A stretch of DNA of 63,935 nucleotides, filler included, from Myxococcota bacterium (GTDB lineage: Bacteria > Myxococcota_C > UBA6777), in NCBI GenBank assembly GCA_023150835.1. It is 3 parts of 3 records of this genome, joined end to end, with 100 filler letters (N's around TTAATTAATTAA, not from the genome) between each part and the next. Parts side by side here need not be neighbours in the genome. Positions count along the whole stretch, not along the records: positions 50,886 to 63,935 come from JAKLKB010000162.1; 2 more parts are not named here. The stretch is one strand, 5' to 3'. Within the stretch, counting starts at the first letter, position 1. Every line of letters begins with the position of its first letter. Positions 63,820 to 63,935 of this stretch are shown here, in pieces. The translations under genes and the position numbers were made by a program. The notes under the pieces are model-generated. The model saw only the letters and a program-made list of their open reading frames with translations. It did not search any database and was not told the DNA's origin.

Positions 63820-63935
63820 CCCCCCCTCAATCCCCCCGTGAACGGGGGGAAGTTGGAACGGGCAGCGTCTGCGTCTCGTGCAAACAGCGTGCGTCATGAA
63901 AAAACAAAATCCCCGCTGCTTCCGACTTTCGCTCC
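63820..63935 (+). repeat. Repeat family C, left part, at window end
   Basis: CCCCCTCAATCCCCCCGTGAACGGGGGGA, then ~75 bp near-identical to 25473-25548. Confidence 0.85.

Overview
The window is three unrelated contigs (1-25372, 25473-50785, 50886-63935) joined by artificial N44-TTAATTAATTAA-N44 linkers. MYXO-CTERM tails and Cys-rich lipoproteins suggest a Myxococcota-like bacterium (inference). Contig 1 carries a ceramidase-like lipoprotein, a TPR protein, surA-pdxA, a flippase-like protein, a DASS transporter with a VNTR, a CAP protein, a Cys-rich lipoprotein and two paralogous S1 serine proteases with MYXO-CTERM. Contig 2 is entirely minus-strand: ATP-grasp, metZ, a PUFA-synthase-type PKS (pfaD-, pfaA- and pfaBC-like) followed directly by oleA and an oleBC fusion with no oleD, then an FGE-domain gene and an Rpn nuclease with an internal RBS and ATG. 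Contig 3 has four tandem Cys-rich lipoprotein genes, a ThiF/MoeB enzyme, a deoxynucleoside kinase, a DUF6580-like transporter, a secreted tandem-C2 protein and an NlpC/P60-like lipoprotein. Three short repeat families recur: (A) a ~112 bp element with terminal inverted repeats and an internal GTAG-REP hairpin, 8 copies; (B) a ~165 bp element with TTACGCA ends, 5 copies, two of them in frame inside the pfaBC-like gene; (C) a GC-rich palindromic element at contig ends. An identical 15 bp palindrome, GTTCAA-AGA-TTGAAC, lies upstream of three Cys-rich secreted protein genes. All calls come from reading the sequence and motifs; no database search was run.
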